Source of the DNA: a virus
Reading direction: 5' to 3' (one strand)
DNA length: 64,000 bases
Virus record (IMG/VR): IMGVR_UViG_3300035034_000207
Location: 5,879-69,878 of that record
In this document: positions 16,084 through 25,152 of the stretch, one piece after another
Layout: each line of letters starts with the position of its first letter
Numbering within the stretch: position 1 is the first letter of the stretch
Position numbers and translations under genes: made by a program
The notes under the pieces: model-generated
Seen by the model: only the letters and a program-made list of their open reading frames with translations
Database searches by the model: none
Told to the model about the DNA's origin: nothing

Positions 16084-16917
16084 ATGACAACATTAATGTT
16101 CCCATCAGATTTAGGCGATGTAAACGCCAATTATCCATACACAGAGTTCCAAATCATAGAATTTAGAGAGCGAAACTTTGTAGTAGACGAAAATAGACAA
16201 CTAACCAACATATCACCAAAAAGAGATATTCTTGATGTAATAGCACTTCCAATGCCAGAAGGCGTTGAAAACAACTACAACCTTGATTGGGAAATGGCTG
16301 ATACACGTATGATTAAAGCCATTGAAGAAGCTATGCAAAATGATAGTATTCTAGATGCGTTTAAGAGTTCTAAAACACAAGGTAATATTGGCGCAATACT
16401 ACTTGGTAGTGTATCTAAGGTGTTTGCACAGAAGACGCCAAACCCCAAAAAACAAGCGTTGTTTAATGGTCTATCACCCAGAACGTTTAGATTCGATTAC
16501 TCGTTTGCTCCACAATCCCTTAAAGAAGCACAAGATCTTGAAAAAATTATAAAAACTTTTATTAAAGCATCTCTGCCTAAAACATATGGTGCCACGTTTA
16601 AAGAATCTGAAAAAAGATCAGATAATTCTGAAACTCTTCAAGAAATCCAAGGCCCTGGCGCACCAGAGATTGAAGGGTTTTACGAGACGGTAGACGATGC
16701 GCTTTCTTCGTTTTTTGGTTTTCCATCAGAATTCATGATAACATTTAAGGGAACAAAGGGATTTCCTGTTATGTCTGGTTGTGTTTGCACAGCTATCAAC
16801 ACAAACTATACGCCACAGTCAATACAACTGTTTGAATCCGGGCATTCTATACAAATAAACTTATCTCTTCAGTTTATGGAAACAGAACTTCTTCGTAGAA
16901 CAAAACCAGGGATCTAA
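16084..16917 (+). CDS. 48: baseplate tail-tube cap gp48-like
   Basis: NP....LF.G...R.F.F.Y.FAPQS.KEA..L.KII..F motif. Confidence 0.75.
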   Translation: MTTLMFPSDLGDVNANYPYTEFQIIEFRERNFVVDENRQLTNISPKRDILDVIALPMPEGVENNYNLDWEMADTRMIKAIEEAMQNDSILDAFKSSKTQGNIGAILLGSVSKVFAQKTPNPKKQALFNGLSPRTFRFDYSFAPQSLKEAQDLEKIIKTFIKASLPKTYGATFKESEKRSDNSETLQEIQGPGAPEIEGFYETVDDALSSFFGFPSEFMITFKGTKGFPVMSGCVCTAINTNYTPQSIQLFESGHSIQINLSLQFMETELLRRTKPGI

Positions 16918-16926
16918 TATAAAAAC

Positions 16927-17433
16927 ATGACGGCCTACTTTTCACAGTTTCCAAAAATTAAATACAATGGTGTTGATATAACAGACATCACAATTAGACT
17001 TAGCGTGTTTAAGAACATTAAAGAGTCTCTTGTGGCGTTTCAACATATAAACATCAAAGGCGGCGAGAGACCGGAAGATATTGCAAACAAATATTATGGC
17101 AACCCAGAGTTGTTTTGGGTAATTATGATTGTTAATGATATAGTAGACCCATACGCTGACTGGCCGATGGAAGATAATTATCTATATTCGTTGGTGTCAG
17201 AAAAGTATGGTGAACACAACGAACATGCCGTTCATCATTACGAAACAACCGAAGACTCTGATTATGGTGAAGGAGTTGTTGTAAATGCTGGAGAACCATT
17301 TTCAGTTGCAGTTTCTAATCTATCTCACGAAGCTAAGTTAAACGAAGATAAGCGCAAAATAAAGATACTACGATATAATTATCTAGATCAACTTCTAAGC
17401 GAATATAAAACCGAATTAAAAACAAAGAATTAA
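16927..17433 (+). CDS. 53: baseplate wedge gp53
   Basis: YF..FP.I.Y, GERPE.IA.KYYG...L.WVI...N.IVDPY.DWP motifs. Confidence 0.9.
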   Translation: MTAYFSQFPKIKYNGVDITDITIRLSVFKNIKESLVAFQHINIKGGERPEDIANKYYGNPELFWVIMIVNDIVDPYADWPMEDNYLYSLVSEKYGEHNEHAVHHYETTEDSDYGEGVVVNAGEPFSVAVSNLSHEAKLNEDKRKIKILRYNYLDQLLSEYKTELKTKN

Positions 17434-17439
17434 ATATAA

Positions 17440-18957
17440 ATGGCATTAGACACTAGTTCAGTTCTTGGAGCAACTACACCAGTTTTTGATGATGTAACTC
17501 TTTGGCTGCCAAACCACGATCTTAAAATAGATCTTGCACAGTATATTACATACATAAAAATATATGAAGATATATTTTCACCCGTTCTTACTGGTCAAAT
17601 ACGTATATATGATTCTGTTAACCTTCTAAACAGAATGCCGATTGTCGGGAACGAACAAATAACCATAAAAGTATACTCAAGTAATTATAATGAAACTGAA
17701 AACGATGATCTAAACTTTCTACATAGAACGTTTGACATCAACAAAATAACAAACATAGTTGATGTCAATGACTATACAAAAGAATACACGCTACACTTTG
17801 CTTCCCCAGAGCTTAGACGATCAGAATCTTTAAAACTATCTAAAGGGTTTAAAAACAAGCGTTTGTCTGAAGTTGTAGATTCTGTATTGACATCAGAATA
17901 CTTTATTGGTCAAGAGCAAAACGGAACACCACAAGGTCTAGGTTTCCCATATGATACGGAGTTTGCTTTTGAATATAAACCAGTAACACCAACATATCTC
18001 CCAGACGTTGAAAAACGATATAAAAAAATAGACAAACAAGATTCTATTGAATTGTTCATAGAAAAAACTTTGTTTGATGAACCAGTAGTGTCGTTTCCAT
18101 ATCTCCGACCCCTTGAGGTTATTTCTTGGATATGCGATAGGTCTATTAGATCGTCAAGAGGCAGATCGTCGGGCATACACTCAGAAGCCGCAAATTTTCT
18201 GTTCTTTGAAAACAAAAGAGGTTTCCAGTTCTGTTCGATTGATACTCTTTTGGAAAATAAAGACTCAACAAACATGGCCAGATTTAAATACGGTAACGCC
18301 GTACAGAACATAACAAAAAATAGAGAAATTACTACACAAAGAATTGAAGAACTACAAGTCCAAAACTGTTATGACATCTTACAAAACATTAGGCGTGGTG
18401 TTTATGCTTCTAAATTGGTTTCGTATGATATTGCAACTGGGAACATGCGCGAATTAGATTATAACTATTTGGACTCTTTTCAATCAACAGAATCAACAGA
18501 GCGTAACGATCAAACCGAAGATTTCCCAATGATAGCTCATGATGATATAACATTATCAGAATCTTATTTGGCGTCTAGACATTTTATTGTTAATTCTCCA
18601 TACCCAACAGTCGATCCGTTTACGTGTTCCCCAACAGATAGAAGAAACGATTCAAAAGCTTTAAGCGGTCAAGAGGAGTATCTTCAAAATAGGCTTTCAC
18701 AAATTGGCAGACTTTCAAACTATAGGGCTGTATTTAATATACCAGCAAACTCTAAACACAAGGTTGGTGATTTAATAGAGATTGATATTAAGGATTTAAT
18801 ACCAAGCGAAAATGCAATGCATGCTGTAGAAGAGCCCAATAAATATTATTCAGGATACTACCTTATATCTTGTATTGAGCATTCAATTACAAAGACAGAA
18901 TATAAAATGAACATAGAAGCTATTAAAGACGCTTCAAGAAATAGGTTAACAAGTTAA
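17440..18957 (+). CDS. baseplate hub protein (gp27-like)
   Basis: IYEDIFSP.LTG.I.I.DS.NL...PI.GNE, FLFFENK.GF.F.SID.L, YYSGYYLI..I.H; position after gene 53. Confidence 0.7.
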   Translation: MALDTSSVLGATTPVFDDVTLWLPNHDLKIDLAQYITYIKIYEDIFSPVLTGQIRIYDSVNLLNRMPIVGNEQITIKVYSSNYNETENDDLNFLHRTFDINKITNIVDVNDYTKEYTLHFASPELRRSESLKLSKGFKNKRLSEVVDSVLTSEYFIGQEQNGTPQGLGFPYDTEFAFEYKPVTPTYLPDVEKRYKKIDKQDSIELFIEKTLFDEPVVSFPYLRPLEVISWICDRSIRSSRGRSSGIHSEAANFLFFENKRGFQFCSIDTLLENKDSTNMARFKYGNAVQNITKNREITTQRIEELQVQNCYDILQNIRRGVYASKLVSYDIATGNMRELDYNYLDSFQSTESTERNDQTEDFPMIAHDDITLSESYLASRHFIVNSPYPTVDPFTCSPTDRRNDSKALSGQEEYLQNRLSQIGRLSNYRAVFNIPANSKHKVGDLIEIDIKDLIPSENAMHAVEEPNKYYSGYYLISCIEHSITKTEYKMNIEAIKDASRNRLTS

Positions 18958-18959
18958 AC

Positions 18960-19691
18960 ATGAGCAATTTACCACTTCTCAACGCCCCAACATACTTCTT
19001 AGAAATACCAAGCACAAAGAAAAAGATCAAATACAGGCCGTTTTTGGTTAGAGAAGAAAAGATTCTTTTGATTGCTTTACAAGAAGATGATTTTGAAGTC
19101 ATCCTAAATTCTATTAAGGATATTATTAAAGGGTGCACGTTTGGCGAAGTTAACGTTGAAAAACTAGCGATGGCTGATATTGAATTCATCTTCTTGAACA
19201 TTAGAAAAATATCAAAAGGACCCGAAGTTGACCTAGAGTTTAAATGTTTGGCTGATGTTGGGGAAGACAAACACGAATGTGGAAACGTTGTTAGTATAAC
19301 ATATAATCTAGACAACATTAAAATATCAGAAGGTCATGACCCCAAAATTATAATTGAAGACACAACAAACACTGGTATAGTATTAAAGATCCCGTCAATT
19401 GATGTATCAGAAGCGTTACAAGAAGCTGTGCAAGAAGGCAACATCGATAAGTTATTTTCAACCACTTACGATTATGTAGACTACATGTTTCAAGGCGAAC
19501 AGATCTTTGATAATTTCACAAAAGAAGAATTTTCAGAATGGTTAGATTTGTTATCACCAGAACAATACTTCAAGATATCAGATTTTTTCAGAAACGTGCC
19601 GAAGTTGTATGACGACATCGACGTAGAATGTTCTGCTTGTAAATCTAAACATACAATCCGGCTGGAGGGATTGCGAAGTTTTTTAGCATAA
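18960..19691 (+). CDS. 26: baseplate hub assembly protein gp26
   Basis: LP.L..PTY.L.IPST.K.IKYRPFLVREEK.LL, DIEFIFL.IR..SKG, I..FF..VPKL. Confidence 0.9.
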   Translation: MSNLPLLNAPTYFLEIPSTKKKIKYRPFLVREEKILLIALQEDDFEVILNSIKDIIKGCTFGEVNVEKLAMADIEFIFLNIRKISKGPEVDLEFKCLADVGEDKHECGNVVSITYNLDNIKISEGHDPKIIIEDTTNTGIVLKIPSIDVSEALQEAVQEGNIDKLFSTTYDYVDYMFQGEQIFDNFTKEEFSEWLDLLSPEQYFKISDFFRNVPKLYDDIDVECSACKSKHTIRLEGLRSFLA

Positions 19692-19693
19692 GC

Positions 19694-19861
19694 ATGGATG
19701 GCGAAAGCTTAACGTCATACTATGCGGTAAACTCAATACTAACACTAAATTATGGTTACTCTATAAGAGATCTCGAGGATATGATACCGTGGGAACGCGA
19801 CGCTTATATAACATATCTTAATAAATATATAGAAAGTAAGAACAAACAACAACAAGAGTAG
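19694..19861 (+). CDS. 51: baseplate hub assembly catalyst gp51
   Basis: MDGESLTSYYAVNSILTLNYGYSIRDLEDMIPWERDAYITYL...; the M.PWER..Y motif; 55 aa, not in ORF track. Confidence 0.85.
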   Translation: MDGESLTSYYAVNSILTLNYGYSIRDLEDMIPWERDAYITYLNKYIESKNKQQQE

Positions 19862-19872
19862 GCGATAATATT

Positions 19873-20163
19873 ATGGCTAGAGAAGATGACCAAGGAAGAC
19901 CTAGCTGGTATATTCGTAGAAGAATTATCATAACTACTTTATTATTCTGCGCTTCTTGTGTTATATATATTCTATTGTTTTATCCTAAAACAGACTCTAG
20001 AGTTTTAGAAACTGTAATAGTATCGGCCTTTGCTCTCGGTGGTGGTACGATTGGATCATATGTGTTTGGTGCCGCGTGGACAGACATCAAAATAGATTCA
20101 AACAATAAAACCAATAGAAGAGAAACTGTTGTAATAAACGAACAGAATATTGACGAAAGATAA
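19873..20163 (+). CDS. two-TM membrane protein, possible holin
   Basis: RRR followed by two hydrophobic helices and a charged C-terminal tail. Confidence 0.55.
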   Translation: MAREDDQGRPSWYIRRRIIITTLLFCASCVIYILLFYPKTDSRVLETVIVSAFALGGGTIGSYVFGAAWTDIKIDSNNKTNRRETVVINEQNIDER

Positions 20164-20164
20164 C

Positions 20165-21820
20165 ATGTTACCAAAAATATCACCAAGTTCTATAGGAAGT
20201 TCGTTATCGTCTAAAATAAAAGATGGTGGTCTTGCTATTGCACAAACTATCAACCCTGTTGGTATTGCTTCTAAAGGTTTTGATTTAGTTAAGAACGAGT
20301 TGAGTAAAGAATTAGACGATGTTGATAGTTTACTTGGTGGTTTCAAATCTATCATGAACGATCTTAAAGGCAATTTTGTTAAAGCGATATCACAACTTAA
20401 AGCTAAACAAGAACAAGGCAACGATAAGCTAGAAAAAATTAGTTCCAGTTCTGAAAAATCCGAAGATAGTATTAAAGGTGTTGGTAGTGATATAAGCAGG
20501 ATGGCTGAAGACTTGGCTGTGTTGGTTAAAATAACATCAGACGTGTGGGGTGTTAATAAAGAACAACTAGATGAACAAAGAAAAATAGTTCAAATAGAAG
20601 AAGAAACGCTAAAGACTGATAGATTACGTCTCCAGAAAGAGCGTGCTAAATTGCGCGGCGAAAAGATCATTAAGAATCCTTTAGCCCCTGATATTACAAA
20701 GAAGACAGGATTTTTTGCCAACCTTCTAAGAACGCTTGGACCGATGATGATGTTGTTACGTCCATTACTTATTGCCATTACAGCACTAGGCGCATTGCTT
20801 ACTGCTGGTGTGGTTGGCGGCGGCCTTGCAAGCGTGGGCGCTCTTGCAACCGGCGGAATACTGGCTGGTAAAAAACTTTTTGCAAAAAGAGCAGCCAAGA
20901 AAGCTGGTACAGAGGTTATCAAAAAAACCGCAGGTAGAAAAGCTGGGGCAATGGCGGCAAGGGCTGCTGCAAGAGTGGCTGGAGGTGCCTTGTTATATAT
21001 GGGTGTAGAGGGAGCGTTTAAAGCTGCAAAAAATGTCCAAGAAGCTATTAAATCTGATAAGAAAATAGAACAAATTATAGCAAAGGGTGTAGAGGGTTTT
21101 ATTGTTGGGTCGTTAAACGGCGCCATTAACATTGTTAGTCTCGTGACTGGAAAGCAGTTTAAGAAGCTAGAAGATTCGGCCGACGTTGCAAAGCTGAATT
21201 CGGCCATGGCAGAACCCCTGAAAAAATTGATGAAAGCTACTTCTCCGTTGGCTGGTGGTGAAGCGTTTAAAACATTTGAAAAAATAACATCGTCTATAAG
21301 TGAATTCAATACAAGACAAGCCGATAAGTTGTCTTCGTGGTCCAAACGTCAAATGGAAATTATAGATCAAAGAACCGGAACATATCAGGAAAATATCGGC
21401 CTAGTAGCTGATGCTTTTACATCTCCGTTTGCAGACATTTCTAAATCAGTATCAAATACCATGTCGTCCGTTAAAAATACAATAGACGAATCTTTACTAT
21501 TGATGATGACAGACACTGCTAACACGTTTGCATTAAATTCCAATAGACCTGATTCTGTAGTGTTCACAAAGAAACAAGAGTCTGGGGAAATATCACCAAG
21601 TATTAATACTACATCCAACAAACTAGCTAGCTCTGTAGTGTTTAATCAGACAAAGAATAACGAATTAGAAAGCGTTGGTGGTAAAAACAATGGTTCTGGC
21701 GCTAACAGTATTATCAACCAACCAATATCAAACACCACAAACAACACCAACGTTATATCTGGTAACCTTATAACAAGAAACCCAGAATACCCAGGGCAAC
21801 CGTTTGGTATAAAGTTCTAG
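20165..21820 (+). CDS. tape-measure/baseplate hub protein (gp29-like)
   Basis: Coiled-coil N-terminus, Ala/Gly-rich hydrophobic middle, Asn/Thr-rich C-terminus; follows genes 26 and 51. Confidence 0.65.
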   Translation: MLPKISPSSIGSSLSSKIKDGGLAIAQTINPVGIASKGFDLVKNELSKELDDVDSLLGGFKSIMNDLKGNFVKAISQLKAKQEQGNDKLEKISSSSEKSEDSIKGVGSDISRMAEDLAVLVKITSDVWGVNKEQLDEQRKIVQIEEETLKTDRLRLQKERAKLRGEKIIKNPLAPDITKKTGFFANLLRTLGPMMMLLRPLLIAITALGALLTAGVVGGGLASVGALATGGILAGKKLFAKRAAKKAGTEVIKKTAGRKAGAMAARAAARVAGGALLYMGVEGAFKAAKNVQEAIKSDKKIEQIIAKGVEGFIVGSLNGAINIVSLVTGKQFKKLEDSADVAKLNSAMAEPLKKLMKATSPLAGGEAFKTFEKITSSISEFNTRQADKLSSWSKRQMEIIDQRTGTYQENIGLVADAFTSPFADISKSVSNTMSSVKNTIDESLLLMMTDTANTFALNSNRPDSVVFTKKQESGEISPSINTTSNKLASSVVFNQTKNNELESVGGKNNGSGANSIINQPISNTTNNTNVISGNLITRNPEYPGQPFGIKF

Positions 21821-22251
21821 TCATTATCATACGTTGATATTACTTCGGTGTTATATCCTAACGCATTTAAAACTTCTTCTAGTGCGCCATCAATTGTATC
21901 ATAGACACTACCAAAACATCCACCAGATTGATGACTGTATATTTGTTTATCATCTTTGCACATCTTTACGTTATACGTATCACCACCACAGCCAAGATCG
22001 CAATTATTATAGCCGGTGACGATTTCTATTTTAATCTTTGGTTTTCTATTATCGCCATTGAGCTTTAAAACTTTTTCTGGAGAAGTTAATCTGTTACGTG
22101 TAGAATCTTTGTTAGGTGAAATTCTAACCATCTTTGGTGTAAAGCCAACAACCACGCCGTTTTGTAAAGAAGCTCCAGCATTACGACCGTGTGGCTCTGC
22201 ACATATAACAACATCTCCAATTGCCAGTTCTTGATTGTTAAAATCTTTCAT
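21817..22251 (-). CDS. hypothetical early protein
   Basis: 144 aa, AAGGA RBS, behind the early promoter of repeat copy 2. Confidence 0.7.
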   Translation of the reverse strand: MKDFNNQELAIGDVVICAEPHGRNAGASLQNGVVVGFTPKMVRISPNKDSTRNRLTSPEKVLKLNGDNRKPKIKIEIVTGYNNCDLGCGGDTYNVKMCKDDKQIYSHQSGGCFGSVYDTIDGALEEVLNALGYNTEVISTYDND

Positions 22252-22289
22252 TGTTTTTCAATTCCTTCTTTGATAATTTCTATAATCTT

Positions 22290-22410
22290 AATTTATATCA
22301 TTTAAACATAGATGTAAACGGTTATTTTAAGTTTACTGATGGATTATCAATAGATGCGATTTTAAATGATTTTTAAGCCAAATTCATGTTTAATATCAAT
22401 GGCTTATTTT
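22290..22410 (-). repeat. dispersed non-coding element, copy 2 (IHF-consensus site + core + early promoter)
   Basis: Inverted copy of 1948-2089; TATCAATGGCTTA at 22394-22406; GTTTACA -35 at 22313-22319 on minus strand. Confidence 0.8.
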
Positions 22411-22427
22411 GGCATATTTACGTCAAA

Positions 22428-22460
22428 GTAAAAGAAAAGGACCGAATTTCTTCGATCCCC
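22428..22460 (-). terminator. intrinsic terminator after gene 32
   Basis: Minus strand GGGGATCGAAGAAATTCGGTCCTTTTCTTTT. Confidence 0.75.
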
Positions 22461-22489
22461 TTCGCATATTTTAATTTTATGTATATTAT

Positions 22490-23464
22490 CTATCCAAGTA
22501 GTTTTTTCAACGCTTCAAGCTCGTCGTCTTCATCGTCGCCATCAGTAGAAGGCATATCAATATCAGACGTTTGATCATCATCTTCTGCGTCTATGCTACC
22601 AATAATGTCGTCAATAGATTCTTCTTCATTTTCATCAGACGAGTTGTCCTGGTGTTTATGATTTTCAACTTTATCTTTAACACGAGTTTCTTCGATTGTG
22701 TTACCAGAATGTTCATATGTTTTATCACCAGCTGCTTCGCCAATTACAGATAGAAACTTCTTTTCAAGATCTTCATATGATTTGAATTGATCTTCTGCCA
22801 AGAATTGCATGAGAGAATATTCTTGACCCCAAATTTCTTCCATTTCTGCGTCAGTTTTTGCCACGGCTGATTTATCATCAAACGATGATGCTTCATAGCT
22901 AGCACCATATTCGCCACGAGAGATACGTAGTTTGAAATTTGCGCCTTCGTCGAAACAGAATGGATTAATAGCACCATCGCCGAACTTGTCTTCAATTACT
23001 TGCTGAATCTTATCATAGATTTTAACGCCATATTCAAACAAGAACACTTTACCTTCGTTGCCTGGATTTGCTGGATCAGACACAACAAGAACGTTTGAAA
23101 TATATTTAACTTTACGTTTACGCATACGTGCAAGTTCAATGTTTGCTTCGTCTTTGGTTGCCCATAAAGCGTTGTTGTGCTCAAGAACTGGACATGGTTT
23201 ATTAATAGTAGACGGGCAATTCTCGATGAACCATCTATTTGTGACTTTATCTTTAAAGCCAATCTTGTATACAGTTACAAACTCTAGGTCTTCGCCTTTG
23301 GGTGGTGGAAGAAATCTAATAACAGCTTTTGCGTTACCAGCTTTATCTTGCTCTGCTCGCCAGAAGCGATCGTCTGAATAGTCTTTTTTATTAAGTTTGC
23401 CTTTTAGAGCATCTAGGTTCTTTGATTGTTTTCTCAGTTCTGAGAATGATTTTGGAATAGTCAT
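22490..23464 (-). CDS. 32: single-stranded DNA-binding protein gp32
   Basis: DDRFW...DKAGN..AVIRFLP, WFIENC, RKRK..YISN.LVV.DP.NP.NEGKVFLF.YG.KI; acidic tail. Confidence 0.96.
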   Translation of the reverse strand: MTIPKSFSELRKQSKNLDALKGKLNKKDYSDDRFWRAEQDKAGNAKAVIRFLPPPKGEDLEFVTVYKIGFKDKVTNRWFIENCPSTINKPCPVLEHNNALWATKDEANIELARMRKRKVKYISNVLVVSDPANPGNEGKVFLFEYGVKIYDKIQQVIEDKFGDGAINPFCFDEGANFKLRISRGEYGASYEASSFDDKSAVAKTDAEMEEIWGQEYSLMQFLAEDQFKSYEDLEKKFLSVIGEAAGDKTYEHSGNTIEETRVKDKVENHKHQDNSSDENEEESIDDIIGSIDAEDDDQTSDIDMPSTDGDDEDDELEALKKLLG

Positions 23465-23531
23465 GTTTCTTTTTACCCTTTTTAATTTTTTATCTTTTGT
23501 GCTTATCCAATTAATTGCATAGTGTATAGTT

Positions 23532-24092
23532 TTATTGCTGATTAATTTCTTTGATAATATCAACCAGCAATGTTTTATTTATAGAAAAATAACAGCGAAT
23601 AAATGGTTTAATCTTTTCTATTTTCTGTATTGCTTCTTCCCATATCGGGTTATCCTGTAAAGTCTGCCCTAAGATCTTTAGCGTAGAACCGTTTGTTACA
23701 ATATCTAAAACAGTTAACCATATTAAATGGTCGCGATTGACTTTTGCTATTTCTATAATATGCGAACAGTCTTTATACTTTATACACTGTTCACGAAACA
23801 GATAGTTAAGGGATTCTTTATACCCTATGTACTTTTTAAAGTTATCTTGATTTATATCTTTAATCCATTTCACGTTTCCGAAGATATACGACGCAGAGAC
23901 GTATTCAATTGCTTTGTCTTCAGAGTGGAGATTTCTTGACATGCTATCAATGGCATACCTGCCTTTAAATTTCAACAGAGTGTTTTCGTTTACACGAGTT
24001 TTTCCAGAGTATTTAAAGAAGTCGTAGTTCCCTGGTTTAAAGTGTAAATTAATGGCTGAATATATTTCAAACAGTCTTAAAGGAGATATCAT
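23532..24092 (-). CDS. 59: helicase loader gp59
   Basis: Y.AI.LHF...YDFFKYSGK; synteny 33-59-32. Confidence 0.85.
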   Translation of the reverse strand: MISPLRLFEIYSAINLHFKPGNYDFFKYSGKTRVNENTLLKFKGRYAIDSMSRNLHSEDKAIEYVSASYIFGNVKWIKDINQDNFKKYIGYKESLNYLFREQCIKYKDCSHIIEIAKVNRDHLIWLTVLDIVTNGSTLKILGQTLQDNPIWEEAIQKIEKIKPFIRCYFSINKTLLVDIIKEINQQ

Positions 24093-24094
24093 TT

Positions 24095-24343
24095 TTAAAA
24101 TTCAATTCTATTTTCATCGCGTTCTGTTAGTAAGGAAAGTTTTTCAGCTTCGTTGCGAAGTTTACTTTTAAGCGATTCATCTACTAACGGCGCAGCATCT
24201 TCAGGTTCGATACCAGCGTTCTCCATAATTTTAATCATTGCGTCTAGATATTCACAACCACTTTCAGTAACGAGAGTTTGTACTTCTATGTGAAACTGTT
24301 CTGGTGTGTATACTAACACAATTTCTTGTAGTTCTTCTATCAT
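24095..24343 (-). CDS. 33: late transcription coactivator gp33
   Basis: F..EV..LV.E....YLDA......IEPE....L...LK.KL..EA..L. Confidence 0.85.
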   Translation of the reverse strand: MIEELQEIVLVYTPEQFHIEVQTLVTESGCEYLDAMIKIMENAGIEPEDAAPLVDESLKSKLRNEAEKLSLLTERDENRIEF

Positions 24344-25152
24344 ATAGTTACCATTAATTCCTTATTAAATTCTTTATCGTTTTCGTTACCATATCCATGA
24401 GGATTGCAAACAACTCTTATACTGTTTTTTTCGTAGTCAAACGAAGAATGAGTGTGGCCGTGAGCCCAAAGAGATATGTTATTATTATCATCTGGAAATG
24501 TTTTTTCTAGATCGTTTACAAACGCGCCGTTTAGTTTGTTGTGTTTCCATTGTTCGTGAACACTTTCTTGGAACGGCGCATTATGAGTTATTATAATCTT
24601 TTTCTTATCAGATGTCAATAGAAAAAAGCTCTGTAATGCTTCTAGAGATGTTTTATATGTTTCTATGATCGTTGACATCAAAAGAGGGGAACAATAGTTG
24701 TATGGATAGTTAGGATCGTTATCGTGTCTTATATATTTGTAATCTGCCATATAAGCCAAGGCCATGTTTTTACACAGAGGATCATCTTGATAATCTGTCC
24801 ATAGTGTGGACCCGAAGAACACAACATCTTCTATTTCAAGTGTTTCGTTTTCAAGAATATGAATGTTATCGTATTTAGAAAGAAACTGTTTTATAACGCT
24901 ATATGTTGAAGCCATGTTAGAATGGTAGTGTTCGTGATTACCCATAATTGTTATTACATGTTTAAATCTTTTTGACAGTTCGTCAAACCAACCACGATAA
25001 CGCTCGACTCTATGAGCTTGTAGAATATCACCAGCCAATATAAGTGTTGTGTCAGTATAGTCTTCATCTGGTTTGATGAATCTTCCTATTCCCCATTTTT
25101 CAGAATAAGTAAACTGTTCTAAGTGCCAGTCTGATGATATTAGTAATTTCAT
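24340..25152 (-). CDS. metallophosphoesterase
   Basis: SDWHLE, LAGD, GNHEHY, TH.AP, WAHGHTH, NP.GY. Confidence 0.9.
   Translation of the reverse strand: MKLLISSDWHLEQFTYSEKWGIGRFIKPDEDYTDTTLILAGDILQAHRVERYRGWFDELSKRFKHVITIMGNHEHYHSNMASTYSVIKQFLSKYDNIHILENETLEIEDVVFFGSTLWTDYQDDPLCKNMALAYMADYKYIRHDNDPNYPYNYCSPLLMSTIIETYKTSLEALQSFFLLTSDKKKIIITHNAPFQESVHEQWKHNKLNGAFVNDLEKTFPDDNNNISLWAHGHTHSSFDYEKNSIRVVCNPHGYGNENDKEFNKELMVTI

Noticed and set aside
20590-21345. 251-aa minus-strand ORF
   Set aside because: Antisense shadow of the Ala/Gly-rich tape-measure-like gene; no RBS or motif support. The same applies to the other ORF-track entries nested antisense in core genes
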